From Sphingobium sp. (GTDB taxonomy: Bacteria > Pseudomonadota > Alphaproteobacteria > Sphingomonadales > Sphingomonadaceae): a stretch of 64,000 nt of DNA. The position numbers and the translations under genes were made by a program. The DNA is taken from contig JAGNYO010000005.1 in NCBI GenBank assembly GCA_017984895.1, positions 1,010 through 65,009 on the forward strand, given 5' to 3'. Below are positions 39,085 to 48,463 of the stretch, one piece after another. Position 1 is the first letter of the stretch. Every line of letters begins with the position of its first letter. Under the pieces are notes generated by a model. The model made no database searches and was not told the origin of the DNA. It saw only the letters and a program-made list of their open reading frames with translations.

Positions 39085-40680
39085 GTGCGCCGCTCGCTCC
39101 TATCCCTAACCGCGCTCACCGCCGCCGTGCTGCACCCCGCGCTGGCGCATGCGCGCACCGAGGTGCACCCCTATATCGAGGCGAGCCAGACTTTTGTCGC
39201 GAACCTGAAGGGCGGCGCGGAGGATGTGCTGACCTATACCTCGCTCGCTGCGGGCGTGGACGCTACGTTCCAGACCGCCCGCACTGAGGTGCGCGCAGAC
39301 GCGCGCTATGAGCACCAGTTCGGTTGGGGCAAACGCGCGCCCGACAGCGATATCCTCTCCGGCATGCTGCGCGGACGCTATGCCGTCATCCCCGACAAGC
39401 TCTCGATCGAAGGCGGCGCGCTTGCCACGCGAGTGCGCACCGATGGCCTGTCGAGCGCCAATGGCGGCACGCTGATCACGGCGGGCGACTCGGTTTCGCA
39501 GCTTTATTCGCTCTATGCCGGGCCGACGCTGACCACGCATGTGAACGACCTCTCCGTGAATGCCGCCTATCGCATCGGCTACACCCGGATTGAGGACGAC
39601 GTGAATCTAGCCGTGGGCGGCATTCCTGCGTTCGGCGTGTTTGACGAGAGCGTCTATCAGAGCGCGACGGCGTCCGTCGGCATGCAGCCCGGCCCGTTGC
39701 CCTTTGGCTGGGCTATTGGCGTGGGCTATGATCGCGAGGATGCCAGCGAACTCGATCAACGCTATCAGGACAAGTGGATACGCGGCGATGTTACCGTGCC
39801 TGTTTCCCCAACGCTCGCGCTGGTGGGCGGGGTCGGCTATGAAGACATCATAATCGACCAACGCGCCGCCCTTGTGGATGGCGCGGGCAACCCAGTGCTG
39901 GATGGCAAGGGGCGCCTGATTTCGGATACCTCCGTGCCGCGCCTCATCGCCTATGACACAGAAGGGCTGATCTGGGATGCGGGCGTGCTCTGGCGCCCCA
40001 GCCGCCGCACCAGCCTGGAGGCGCGGGTGGGCGAGCGTTATGACAGCATGCACTATATCGGCAGCTTCACCTGGCGCGCCAGCCCGCACAGCCTGTTCCA
40101 GATCGCCTATTTCGACCGGATCGACAGCTTTGGCCGCGCGCTACACGGCAACCTCGTAGCATTACCGACCGACTTCATCGCCGCGCGCAACCCGTTCAGC
40201 GGTGACCTTACCGGCTGCGTCAGCGGCCAGAGCGGCGGCACCTGCCTCAACAACACATTGGCGGCGATCAACGGCTCGAACTTTCGCCATCGCGGCATCG
40301 CGGCGCAATATGGCTGGACTGGGCGGCGCTGGAACTGGGGCGCTGCCGGCGGATGGTCGCAACGCAAGTTCCTCGCCCCACGCGGATCAATCTTCAGCAC
40401 CGTCAACGGCGCACACAGCGATTATTATTACGGGCAGGTCTTTGGTGGGCACAAGATCGACATCGCGTCGACGCTGGGCGCCAGCCTCTATGCCAATTAT
40501 CTCGATGCACCGGCGGGCGGCATAGATGTGAGCAATTACGGCGCATACACCACCTACAACCGGCAGTTCGGCCGGCATTTGAGCGCGCAGGCCTCGCTGG
40601 GGCTGGATGCGCTCGATACCACCGCCATAGAAACCATCGTCAACCTGCTGGGGCAGGTGGGCGTGCGCTATACGTTCTAG
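39085..40680 (+). CDS. Outer-membrane beta-barrel protein of the PEP-CTERM/EPS locus
   Basis: 531 aa, GTG start. Signal peptide ..ALAHA/RT. Alternating beta-strand pattern throughout. C-terminal ..VGVRYTF. Confidence 0.75.
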   Translation: MRRSLLSLTALTAAVLHPALAHARTEVHPYIEASQTFVANLKGGAEDVLTYTSLAAGVDATFQTARTEVRADARYEHQFGWGKRAPDSDILSGMLRGRYAVIPDKLSIEGGALATRVRTDGLSSANGGTLITAGDSVSQLYSLYAGPTLTTHVNDLSVNAAYRIGYTRIEDDVNLAVGGIPAFGVFDESVYQSATASVGMQPGPLPFGWAIGVGYDREDASELDQRYQDKWIRGDVTVPVSPTLALVGGVGYEDIIIDQRAALVDGAGNPVLDGKGRLISDTSVPRLIAYDTEGLIWDAGVLWRPSRRTSLEARVGERYDSMHYIGSFTWRASPHSLFQIAYFDRIDSFGRALHGNLVALPTDFIAARNPFSGDLTGCVSGQSGGTCLNNTLAAINGSNFRHRGIAAQYGWTGRRWNWGAAGGWSQRKFLAPRGSIFSTVNGAHSDYYYGQVFGGHKIDIASTLGASLYANYLDAPAGGIDVSNYGAYTTYNRQFGRHLSAQASLGLDALDTTAIETIVNLLGQVGVRYTF

Positions 40681-40708
40681 GGGCGCGGCCCCGTGGAGAG
40701 ACACGACG

Positions 40709-41902
40709 ATGTATGACCAGTTTTACGCGCTGAAGGGCCGCCCGTTTCAGCTGACGCCGGACCCGCATTTCTATTTCGAGAGCGGCACGCACCGCAAGGC
40801 ACTGTCCTACCTCGGTTATGGTCTGGCGCAGGGCGAAGGCTTCATCGTCATCACCGGCGAGATTGGCGCGGGTAAGACCACTTTGGTCGGCCATGTGATG
40901 TCGAGCATCGATCCGCACCGTTTGACGGCGGTGAAGATCGTCTCGACGCAGGTGGAGGGGGATGACCTGCTACGCCTCGTCGCGCAGCAGTTCGGCATTA
41001 CCGAGGAGCATCTGCCCAAGGCGCAACTACTCCAGCGGATCGAGGCGTTCTTGCATGCGCAGGCGCGCAAAGGACTGCGCACGCTGCTGATCGTCGATGA
41101 GGCGCAGGGGCTTTCGGTGTCCGCTATCGAGGAGCTGCGGATGCTGAGCAATTTTCAGCTCGGCGGGCAGGCGCTGCTCCAGATTTTTCTGCTCGGCCAG
41201 CCGGAATTCCGCGATCTGATGAATGCGCCGGAGCTTGAGCAATTGCGCCAGCGTGTAATCGCCACGCACCATCTTGAGCCGATGCTGGCGAACGAGGTGG
41301 AACCCTATATCCGCCACCGCCTGTCGCTGGTCGGGTGGACAAACAACCCGCATTTCACGGCGGATGCCTATGCAGCCATTTATGCGGCTACCGATGGCGT
41401 GCCACGCCGTATCAACGCGCTGATGAGCCGGGTGATGCTGTTGGGTGCGGTCGATCATCTGACCGAGATCGACGTGCAGGCAGTGCAGGCTGTGGCTGCC
41501 GATATGGGGCTGGATGACGGGGCGGCTGGGGTGGCCGAGGCCGTAGCGGTAGAGGAAACCACCGCGCAAGACACCGCGCTTGCCCCGGACGCCGAGCCGA
41601 TGCATATGGTGAACATGACCGAGGATGATGCGCCGGTCGGGGAGATGGTCGACGCGCCGGATGCCGCCCCGCTGGAGCTGCATCGCATCCGCGAGGAACT
41701 GGATGCCCTACGCCGGGTGATCAACCTGAGCGGTGATCGCGCGCCAGAGCAGCGGGCGCTGGGCGATAGGCTGGACGCCATCGCGGTGCGGGTCAATGGG
41801 CTTGAGGAGCGCAGCGGCGAGCAGGAAGCAGCGCTGCGCAAGGTGCTTAATCTGCTGGTTGACTGGGTGGAAAACGAAAACCCGGAAAGTCGTGCGGCCT
41901 GA
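40709..41902 (+). CDS. AAA-type ATPase (GspA/ExeA-like), XrtA/PEP-CTERM system-associated type
   Basis: 397 aa. ..FQLTPDP.FYF.S..H..AL..L.YG.. N-terminus. Walker A GEIGAGKTT. Walker B LLIVDEAQ. Acidic/coiled-coil C-terminal tail. Confidence 0.85.
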   Translation: MYDQFYALKGRPFQLTPDPHFYFESGTHRKALSYLGYGLAQGEGFIVITGEIGAGKTTLVGHVMSSIDPHRLTAVKIVSTQVEGDDLLRLVAQQFGITEEHLPKAQLLQRIEAFLHAQARKGLRTLLIVDEAQGLSVSAIEELRMLSNFQLGGQALLQIFLLGQPEFRDLMNAPELEQLRQRVIATHHLEPMLANEVEPYIRHRLSLVGWTNNPHFTADAYAAIYAATDGVPRRINALMSRVMLLGAVDHLTEIDVQAVQAVAADMGLDDGAAGVAEAVAVEETTAQDTALAPDAEPMHMVNMTEDDAPVGEMVDAPDAAPLELHRIREELDALRRVINLSGDRAPEQRALGDRLDAIAVRVNGLEERSGEQEAALRKVLNLLVDWVENENPESRAA

Positions 41903-41927
41903 GGGCGAATTCTAGGCAGGGGCGTTG

Positions 41928-42797
41928 ATGTCAAATATTATCAATGCTTTATCCATTGATGTTGAAGACTGGTTTCAGGTTGGTGCCTTTGAAACTACTT
42001 TCTCGCGCAGTGACTGGGCGGGCTGCGAATCCCGCGTTGTGGCCAACACGGAACGGCTGCTCGATCTGTTTGCGCGCCACAATGTGAAGGCGACATTTTT
42101 CACATTGGGTTGGGTGGCGGAGCGGCACCCGGACCTTATCCGTCGCATTGTGGCCGCCGGGCATGAGCTTGCGAGCCACGGCTATGACCATAGCCGCGTC
42201 TTTACCTTCACCCCCGAACAGTTCCGTGCGGATCTGCGCAAATCGCGTGCGCTGCTGGAGCAGGCGGGCGCGGTGCCAGTGCGCGGCTATCGCGCGCCGA
42301 GTTTTTCTATTGATGCACGCACGCCTTGGGCGCACATTATTCTCGCCGAAGAGGGCTATAGCTATTCCAGCAGTGTCGCGCCGGTGCGGCATGACCATTA
42401 TGGCTGGCCGGAGGCGCCGCGCTTTGCCTATCGCCCGCTTCCCGGTTCGCCGCTGGTCGAGCTACCCGTGACGACTGCGCGGCTGCTGGGCCGCACGATT
42501 GCGGCGGGCGGCGGCGGGTTTTTCCGGCTGATGCCCTATGATTTCACACGCTGGGCGGTGAAGCAGGTCAACAGTGCCTATCAACGCCCGGCGATCTTTT
42601 ATTTCCACCCGTGGGAGATCGATGCGGATCAGCCGCGCGTCGCCCATGCCCCGCTCAAATCCCGCCTGCGGCACTATACCAACCTCGCCACCACCGAGGC
42701 GAAGCTCGACCAGCTGATCGGCGCATTTCGCTGGGGCAGGGTGGATGATGTGCTCGCCGGTCAGGCGAAAGATGCTTCATACTGGCCCGCGGCATGA
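41928..42797 (+). CDS. Polysaccharide deacetylase (CE4), PEP-CTERM locus subfamily
   Basis: 289 aa from ATG 41928. ..ALSIDVEDWFQV.., ..ATFFTLGWVAERHP.., ..HELASHGYDH.. CE4 motifs. Confidence 0.88.
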   Translation: MSNIINALSIDVEDWFQVGAFETTFSRSDWAGCESRVVANTERLLDLFARHNVKATFFTLGWVAERHPDLIRRIVAAGHELASHGYDHSRVFTFTPEQFRADLRKSRALLEQAGAVPVRGYRAPSFSIDARTPWAHIILAEEGYSYSSSVAPVRHDHYGWPEAPRFAYRPLPGSPLVELPVTTARLLGRTIAAGGGGFFRLMPYDFTRWAVKQVNSAYQRPAIFYFHPWEIDADQPRVAHAPLKSRLRHYTNLATTEAKLDQLIGAFRWGRVDDVLAGQAKDASYWPAA

Positions 42798-43840
42798 TCG
42801 TATCGCGCGCCAATCTCGATGACGCCCGAACCGTGGCGGAACTGGAGGCGTGGATCGGCGCGCGGCCCGACTCTACGCCGTTTCACCGCCCGGCGTGGAT
42901 CAGCGCGGTGGCGCGCGGCACCGGGCAGGAGGCGATGATGCTGGTCTGCCGTCATGGCGGCGGGGACATCGCGGGCGTCCTGCCCTTGAACCTCATTCAT
43001 TCGCCGCTGTTTGGCCGGGCGCTGGTATCGAGCGGCTTTGCAGTCGATGGCGGGATATTGGCGGACGATGCGGCGGTGGCAGAGGCTCTCGCGCAGGAAT
43101 TCTGGCGGCTGGCGCAGGTGTTGAGCTGCCCCACGGCGGAGTTGCGCGGCGGAGCGTTGCCGCGTGAAGGCTGGACGCTCAAGAGCGGCGTCTATCTCAA
43201 CTTCGCCAAGGCGCTGGAGGCGGACGACGACGCGCAGCTGCTCGCTATTCCGCGCAAACATCGGGCCGAGGTGCGCAAGGGGTTGGACAATGGCCTTGAT
43301 ATGGAATTCGGGCGGGATCAGCGCCTGCTCGACATTCACTATCGCCTCTATGCCGAGAATGTGCACCGGCTCGGCACACCTGTTTTTCCTAAAGCAATGT
43401 TTGCCGAGGTGCTGGCCACCTTTGGTGCAGATGCTGACATTGCGCTGGTGAGCAAGGACGGCGCGCCGCTCACTACCATTTTCAGCCTCTATCACAACGG
43501 CGTCTGCATGCCCTATTGGCAGGGCGCAACGCTGGCGGCGCGCAAGATGCGTTCCAACGAGGCGGGCTATTTCCAGCTCATGAGTCATGCACGTGAGCGC
43601 GGTTGCACTCATTTCGATTTTGGGCGATCCAAGGTCGGCACCGGCCCTGCGGCGTGGAAAAAAACCTGGGGCTGGGAAGGCGAGCCGCTGACCTATGCCA
43701 CGCGCGCGGCGGAGGGCTACGACGCGCGGGATATCAACCCGCTCTCGCCGCAATATCAACGCAAGGTGGCGCTGTGGAAGAAGCTGCCGCTTCCCATAGC
43801 GAGCTTCATTGGGCCATATATCGCGCGCGGCCTGGGCTGA
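42794..43840 (+). CDS. FemAB-related acyl/aminoacyl-transferase, PEP-CTERM system-associated type
   Basis: 348 aa. ATGA overlap with the deacetylase stop. ..FHRPAW..G..LPL..SPLFGRALVS.GF..GGIL.. and ..FDFGRSK.GTG...FK..WG.. resemble the FemAB-related family as I recall it. Confidence 0.8.
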   Translation: MIVSRANLDDARTVAELEAWIGARPDSTPFHRPAWISAVARGTGQEAMMLVCRHGGGDIAGVLPLNLIHSPLFGRALVSSGFAVDGGILADDAAVAEALAQEFWRLAQVLSCPTAELRGGALPREGWTLKSGVYLNFAKALEADDDAQLLAIPRKHRAEVRKGLDNGLDMEFGRDQRLLDIHYRLYAENVHRLGTPVFPKAMFAEVLATFGADADIALVSKDGAPLTTIFSLYHNGVCMPYWQGATLAARKMRSNEAGYFQLMSHARERGCTHFDFGRSKVGTGPAAWKKTWGWEGEPLTYATRAAEGYDARDINPLSPQYQRKVALWKKLPLPIASFIGPYIARGLG

Positions 43841-43849
43841 GACGGCGTC

Positions 43850-45061
43850 ATGGCGGAGCTTGGTGAGATCCTGTTTCTGGTGCATCGCATCCCATTCCCG
43901 CCGGACCGGGGCGACAAGATCCGCTCGCATCACATATTCCATGCGCTGCGCGACATCGGCCCTGTGCATGTTGGCTGCTTTGCAGACGATGCTCGAGACA
44001 TGAGCTTTGCCGACGAGATGGCGATGCTCACCGCCAGCCAATGCGTGGTGCGGCGGGATCGGTCGCGCGCGGTGGCGGGAGTGAACGGGCTGCTGCGCCG
44101 CCAGCCAATGCTGGTCGCAATGTATGAAAGTGCAAGGATGCATCAATGGGTGCGGGAGGTGCTGGGAACCCGTCCAATCCGTGCCATTGTTGCCTACTCG
44201 GTACAGATGGCGCACTTCGTGCCGCATGACCTGCCCGAGGGGGTGCGCTTCATCATGGATTTCGTCGATTTCGACAGCGCGAAATATGCGGCCTATGGCG
44301 CAGTGCAGGGCGGCGTGATGGGCTGGGTCAACCGGCGCGAGGGGCGGGTGCTGATGCGCTTCGAGCGGGAGACGGCGCTGCGGGCGGATGTCTCTGCCTT
44401 CGTCAGCGCGGCGGAAGCGGCCATGTTCGTGCGCACTGCCGTGGTTGAGGGTGCGGATGTCCGGGCACTGGATAATGGCGTTGATTTGAAGTATTTCAAT
44501 GCACTACCGGATATTTCTCTCATTGATAATCAGCAGAAGCCACTGCTCGTTTTCACCGGCCAGATGGATTATCGCCCTAATATCGAAGCGGTGAAGAGCT
44601 TCGCGTGCGCGGTATTTCCGTCCATCCGTGCCACGCATCCCAACGCGCGCTTCGCTATTGTGGGCCGCAACCCCACGCCACAGGTGAGCGCGCTGGCCGA
44701 GCTGCCCGGCGTGGTCGTGACTGGCGGCGTGCCCGATGTGCGCGGCTGGCTGGCGGCGGCGGATGTGGTGGTCGCGCCGTTGAGGATCGCACGGGGCATC
44801 CAGAACAAAGTGTTGGAAGCGATGGCGATGGGCCGGCCGGTCGTTGCCTCGCCGCAAGCTGCCGAAGGTATCGATGCGCAAGACGGCGCGCATTTCGTAA
44901 TCGCCAACACACCGGCTGAGGAGGCGCAGGCGATAGTCGCGCTGCTGGCTGAGCCGGAGCGCGCTACGGCGCTTGGCAAAGCGGCGCGCGCGCGGATGGA
45001 AGCCCGCTATGAATGGGCAGCAACGCTCACGCCGTTGGCCGATATGGTGACGGGCGGATGA
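43850..45061 (+). CDS. GT4-type glycosyltransferase, PEP-CTERM/EpsH1 system-associated sugar transferase type
   Basis: 403 aa. N-terminal ..ILFLVHRIPFPPDRGDKIRSHH.. C-terminal ..GRNP..L..LPGV..TG.V.DVR.....ADV.V.PL..ARG.QNKVLEAMAMG.PVV.. GT-B motif. Confidence 0.85.
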   Translation: MAELGEILFLVHRIPFPPDRGDKIRSHHIFHALRDIGPVHVGCFADDARDMSFADEMAMLTASQCVVRRDRSRAVAGVNGLLRRQPMLVAMYESARMHQWVREVLGTRPIRAIVAYSVQMAHFVPHDLPEGVRFIMDFVDFDSAKYAAYGAVQGGVMGWVNRREGRVLMRFERETALRADVSAFVSAAEAAMFVRTAVVEGADVRALDNGVDLKYFNALPDISLIDNQQKPLLVFTGQMDYRPNIEAVKSFACAVFPSIRATHPNARFAIVGRNPTPQVSALAELPGVVVTGGVPDVRGWLAAADVVVAPLRIARGIQNKVLEAMAMGRPVVASPQAAEGIDAQDGAHFVIANTPAEEAQAIVALLAEPERATALGKAARARMEARYEWAATLTPLADMVTGG

Positions 45062-46557
45062 GCGCGCAGGGCTGGCGCGGGCATTTGACGCTGTTGGGCG
45101 GCCTTACGCTCGCCGTGCTGCTGCTGTTCCATCATGACGCCGTTGATATGGCGCGCATCTGGTGGACCAGCTCGACTTATGGGCACTGCCTGTTCATCCT
45201 GCCGCTCATCGGCTGGCTAGTGATGCAGCGCGCGGGGCAGATCGCGCAGCTTCAGCCCCTCACATGGACGCCGGGGCTGGCGTGGCTGGGCGGGGGCGCG
45301 ATGCTCTGGCTGCTGGGCGATGCGGCGAGCCTTGGGGTGTTGCGGCATGGCGGCTTGATCGTGATGCTGCAAGGCGCTGTCATAGTATCGCTCGGCCCGG
45401 TAGTCAGCCGCGCCCTGCTGTTTCCGCTATTCTACGCTTTTTTCCTGGTGCCGATCGGCAGCGAGCTGGAGCCGGTGCTGCAACTGCTGACCGCCGACAT
45501 GGCGATGGCGCTGCTGCGTCTGGTAGGCATCCCCGCGCATATCGAGGGTATCTTCATCACCACGCCGACTGGCTATTTCGAGGTGGCAGAGGCGTGCTCA
45601 GGCGCGAAGTTCGTGGTGGCGATGACCGCTTATGGGGTGCTGGTGTGCCATGTGTGTTTCCGTTCATGGCTGCGGCGGGCGGCGTTCCTCGCGTTTGCGC
45701 TGATGACGTGCATTGTGGCGAACGGCGTGCGCGCGTTTGGCACCATCTTTATAGCGCACAAGCGCGGCATTGAGACGGCGGTGGGTGTCGATCACGTCGT
45801 CTGGGGTTGGCTGTTTTTTGCCATCGTGATGGCGCTGGTGATGCTGGTGGCTTGGCCGTTTTTCGATCGACGGCCCGGTGAACAGGCGTTGGATATGGTC
45901 ACGCTGCGGCGGATACGCACGCGGCCCGGCCCATCCGCTTCACTGTTGGCGGGGATGGCCTTAGCCGTCATGACCGCCGCGCCGGCATGGAGCCATATTT
46001 CCGCGCTGAAAGGGGCGGGCGATTTCGCCGCCTTGACGCCGCCTTCCTTCCCCGGCTGGCAGCGCACCGATGCATCGATGGCCTATGCGTGGGCGCCGCA
46101 TTTTGCCTCTGCGGACCGGCGTATTCAGGCGCGCTATGCCGACGGAAAGGGTCATGTCATTGATCTGGCGATTGTCGCCTATGACCGTCAGTCCGAAGGG
46201 CGCGAGCTGATCGGCTTCGGACAGGGTGCGGCCAATCCGGCAAGCGAATGGAGATGGTCCGCTCCCGCCTGGGCGCCTAATGAAGCGCGCGGCGAGATCA
46301 TCACCGCGCCCGGCCCCATCCGGCGGCATGTCGTTAGTTTCTACCGCGTCGGCAGTTCGGGGATGACAGGCAGCACCAGTGCAATCAAGCTCGCTACCAT
46401 GAAGGCCAAACTACTGATGCGTGATCAGCGCGCGCTCGCCATCCTGATCTCCGCCGAGGACCGGGAGGGCGCGCCCGCTGAGGCCGCAATCCACGCGTTC
46501 CTTGTTTCTTTGGGCAACCCGCAATCGCTGGCTGACGCCATCGCGCCAAGCCGTTAA
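45058..46557 (+). CDS. xrtA: Exosortase A (XrtA) fused to a C-terminal EpsI-family domain
   Basis: 499 aa from ATG 45058 (ATGA overlap). Multi-TM N-terminal half carries the exosortase catalytic-type motifs ..VAEACSGAKF.. (Cys), ..ANGVRAFG.. (Arg) and ..DHVVWGWLFF.. (His). After a further TM, the C-terminal ~200 aa resemble EpsI (..FPGWQR..W.P.F..AD....Y.....V.L.IV.Y..Q..G.ELI..). Confidence 0.85.
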   Translation: MSAQGWRGHLTLLGGLTLAVLLLFHHDAVDMARIWWTSSTYGHCLFILPLIGWLVMQRAGQIAQLQPLTWTPGLAWLGGGAMLWLLGDAASLGVLRHGGLIVMLQGAVIVSLGPVVSRALLFPLFYAFFLVPIGSELEPVLQLLTADMAMALLRLVGIPAHIEGIFITTPTGYFEVAEACSGAKFVVAMTAYGVLVCHVCFRSWLRRAAFLAFALMTCIVANGVRAFGTIFIAHKRGIETAVGVDHVVWGWLFFAIVMALVMLVAWPFFDRRPGEQALDMVTLRRIRTRPGPSASLLAGMALAVMTAAPAWSHISALKGAGDFAALTPPSFPGWQRTDASMAYAWAPHFASADRRIQARYADGKGHVIDLAIVAYDRQSEGRELIGFGQGAANPASEWRWSAPAWAPNEARGEIITAPGPIRRHVVSFYRVGSSGMTGSTSAIKLATMKAKLLMRDQRALAILISAEDREGAPAEAAIHAFLVSLGNPQSLADAIAPSR

Positions 46558-46570
46558 GGGCGAGAGCATC

Positions 46571-48463
46571 ATGTGTGGCATAGCGGGCATCTTTCATCTT
46601 GAAACGGCCAAGCCGGTCGATCCCGCGCGCGTGCACGGGATGATCGACGCCATGCCGCATCGCGGACCGGACGGCACCGGGCTATGGACCGCGCCGGGCG
46701 TAGGGCTGGGTCATTGCCGCCTCTCGATCATAGACCTTGCGGGCGGCGCACAGCCGATGGCGAATGCGGACGCCAGCCTCATCGTCAGCTACAACGGCGA
46801 GATATACAATTTCGCCGAAGTGCGCGCAGAATTGCAGGCGCACGGTCACAAGTTCCGCACCCATGGCGACACGGAGGTGATTCTCCACGCCTATCGCCAG
46901 TGGGGCGAGGCGTGTGTAGAACGGTTCAACGGCATGTTCGCCTTCGCGCTCTACGAGGCGGCGACGCAATCGCTGTGGCTGGTGCGGGACCGGCTCGGCG
47001 TCAAGCCGCTGCATTATGCGCAGGTGTCTGACGGCAGCGTGATCTTCGGTTCGGAGCTGAAGGCGCTACTAGTCCACCCGCTGCTGCGGCGCGCGCCCGA
47101 TCTCAGCGCGGTCGAGGATTATATCGCGCTCGGCTATGTGCCCGATGACGCGTGCATCGTTGCTGGCGTGAAAAAGCTGGGCGCGGGCGAGCATCTGCGC
47201 CTTGTGCGGGGCAGGGGCATGGCGGCTCCCCGGCGCTGGTGGGATGTAAGTTTTGCTGACCGCTCGACCGCCAAGCCCGCAACGCTGGGTGAGGAGCTGG
47301 TGGCGCTGATGCGCGATGCAGTGAAGCTGCGGATGGTGGCGGATGTGCCGCTGGGCGCGTTTCTCTCGGGCGGAGTGGATAGCAGCTCGGTCGTCGCGAT
47401 GATGGCGGAGCAGTCTGCGCGCGCGGTCAAGACCTGCACGATCGGTTTTGATGTCGAGAGCCTCGACGAGCGCGCCCATGCTGATCATGTTGCACGTCGC
47501 TTTGCCACTGATCATCGCACGCGTATCGTCTCGCCCGATGATTATGGTCTGCTCGACCGCATCGTCGGCCATTTCGATGAACCATTCGCCGATGCCTCTG
47601 CACTGCCCACCTACCGGGTGTGCGAGCTGGCGCGCGAAGAGGTGACGGTGGCGCTGTCCGGCGATGGTGCGGACGAGGCGTTTGCAGGGTATCGCCGCCA
47701 CTTGTTCCAGCACCGTGGCGAGGGTATGCGCGGACTGTTGCCGCAGGGCTTGCGCGGGCCACTATTTGGCGCGCTCGGGCGGGCCTATCCCAAGGCGGAC
47801 TGGGCGCCACGCTTTTTGCGCGCGAAATCGACCTTTCAGGAGCTGGCGATGAGCGGAAGCGAGGCCTATGCCCGCTCGGTCGGCTTCACCTCGCCAGAGC
47901 TGCGTGCCCGCCTCTATGGCGCGGAGTTTGCCCGCGCCGTTTCCGGCCATCGCGCCGAGGACCGCATCGTTGCGGCGATGGACAGCGCCCCCGCGCGTGA
48001 CCCGCTAGACCGCGCGCAATATGCCGATCTCAAGATCTGGTTGCCGGGTGATATCCTCACCAAGACGGACCGGATGAGCATGGCCGTCAGCCTCGAAGCG
48101 CGCGAGCCGCTGCTCGATTATCGACTGGTCGAATTCGCCGCGCGCCTGCCGGTGAGCCAGCGCATCCACGGCAATACCGGCAAATATCTGATGAAACGGG
48201 CGATGGAGCCGCATCTGCCGCACAATATCCTCTATCGCAGCAAAATGGGGTTCGTGACGCCGATCGCGCAATGGTTTCGCGGTGCGCTGGCGGATGAAGC
48301 GGCCGCGGTGGCGGATGGCTCCATGCTGGCGCGCACCGGCTGGTTCGAGCGCGGGCAAATGGCGAAACTGGCGCACGATCACAAGGCAGGCAAGGCTGAT
48401 CACGGCCGGTTATTGTGGCAATTATTGGTGCTGGATAAATCCTTGAGGCGTCTGTTCGGCTAA
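46571..48463 (+). CDS. Asparagine synthase (glutamine-hydrolysing)-like amidotransferase, exosortase A system-associated type
   Basis: 630 aa from ATG 46571 (MCGIAGIF.., Ntn Cys2). ..YNGEIYNF.. glutaminase motif. ..LSGGVDSS.. PP-loop synthetase motif. Confidence 0.9.
   Translation: MCGIAGIFHLETAKPVDPARVHGMIDAMPHRGPDGTGLWTAPGVGLGHCRLSIIDLAGGAQPMANADASLIVSYNGEIYNFAEVRAELQAHGHKFRTHGDTEVILHAYRQWGEACVERFNGMFAFALYEAATQSLWLVRDRLGVKPLHYAQVSDGSVIFGSELKALLVHPLLRRAPDLSAVEDYIALGYVPDDACIVAGVKKLGAGEHLRLVRGRGMAAPRRWWDVSFADRSTAKPATLGEELVALMRDAVKLRMVADVPLGAFLSGGVDSSSVVAMMAEQSARAVKTCTIGFDVESLDERAHADHVARRFATDHRTRIVSPDDYGLLDRIVGHFDEPFADASALPTYRVCELAREEVTVALSGDGADEAFAGYRRHLFQHRGEGMRGLLPQGLRGPLFGALGRAYPKADWAPRFLRAKSTFQELAMSGSEAYARSVGFTSPELRARLYGAEFARAVSGHRAEDRIVAAMDSAPARDPLDRAQYADLKIWLPGDILTKTDRMSMAVSLEAREPLLDYRLVEFAARLPVSQRIHGNTGKYLMKRAMEPHLPHNILYRSKMGFVTPIAQWFRGALADEAAAVADGSMLARTGWFERGQMAKLAHDHKAGKADHGRLLWQLLVLDKSLRRLFG

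Noticed and set aside
46571-48463. Considered whether the asparagine-synthase-like gene could be the missing lasso cyclase for the PqqD/kinase/nucleotidyltransferase cassette 20 kb away.
   Set aside because: It keeps the N-terminal MCGIAG glutaminase nucleophile and a full-length AsnB architecture. It is embedded by short gaps in the XrtA operon, and matches the amidotransferase I recall as a standard exosortase A locus member. No B2-type leader protease is present. The link is too speculative.
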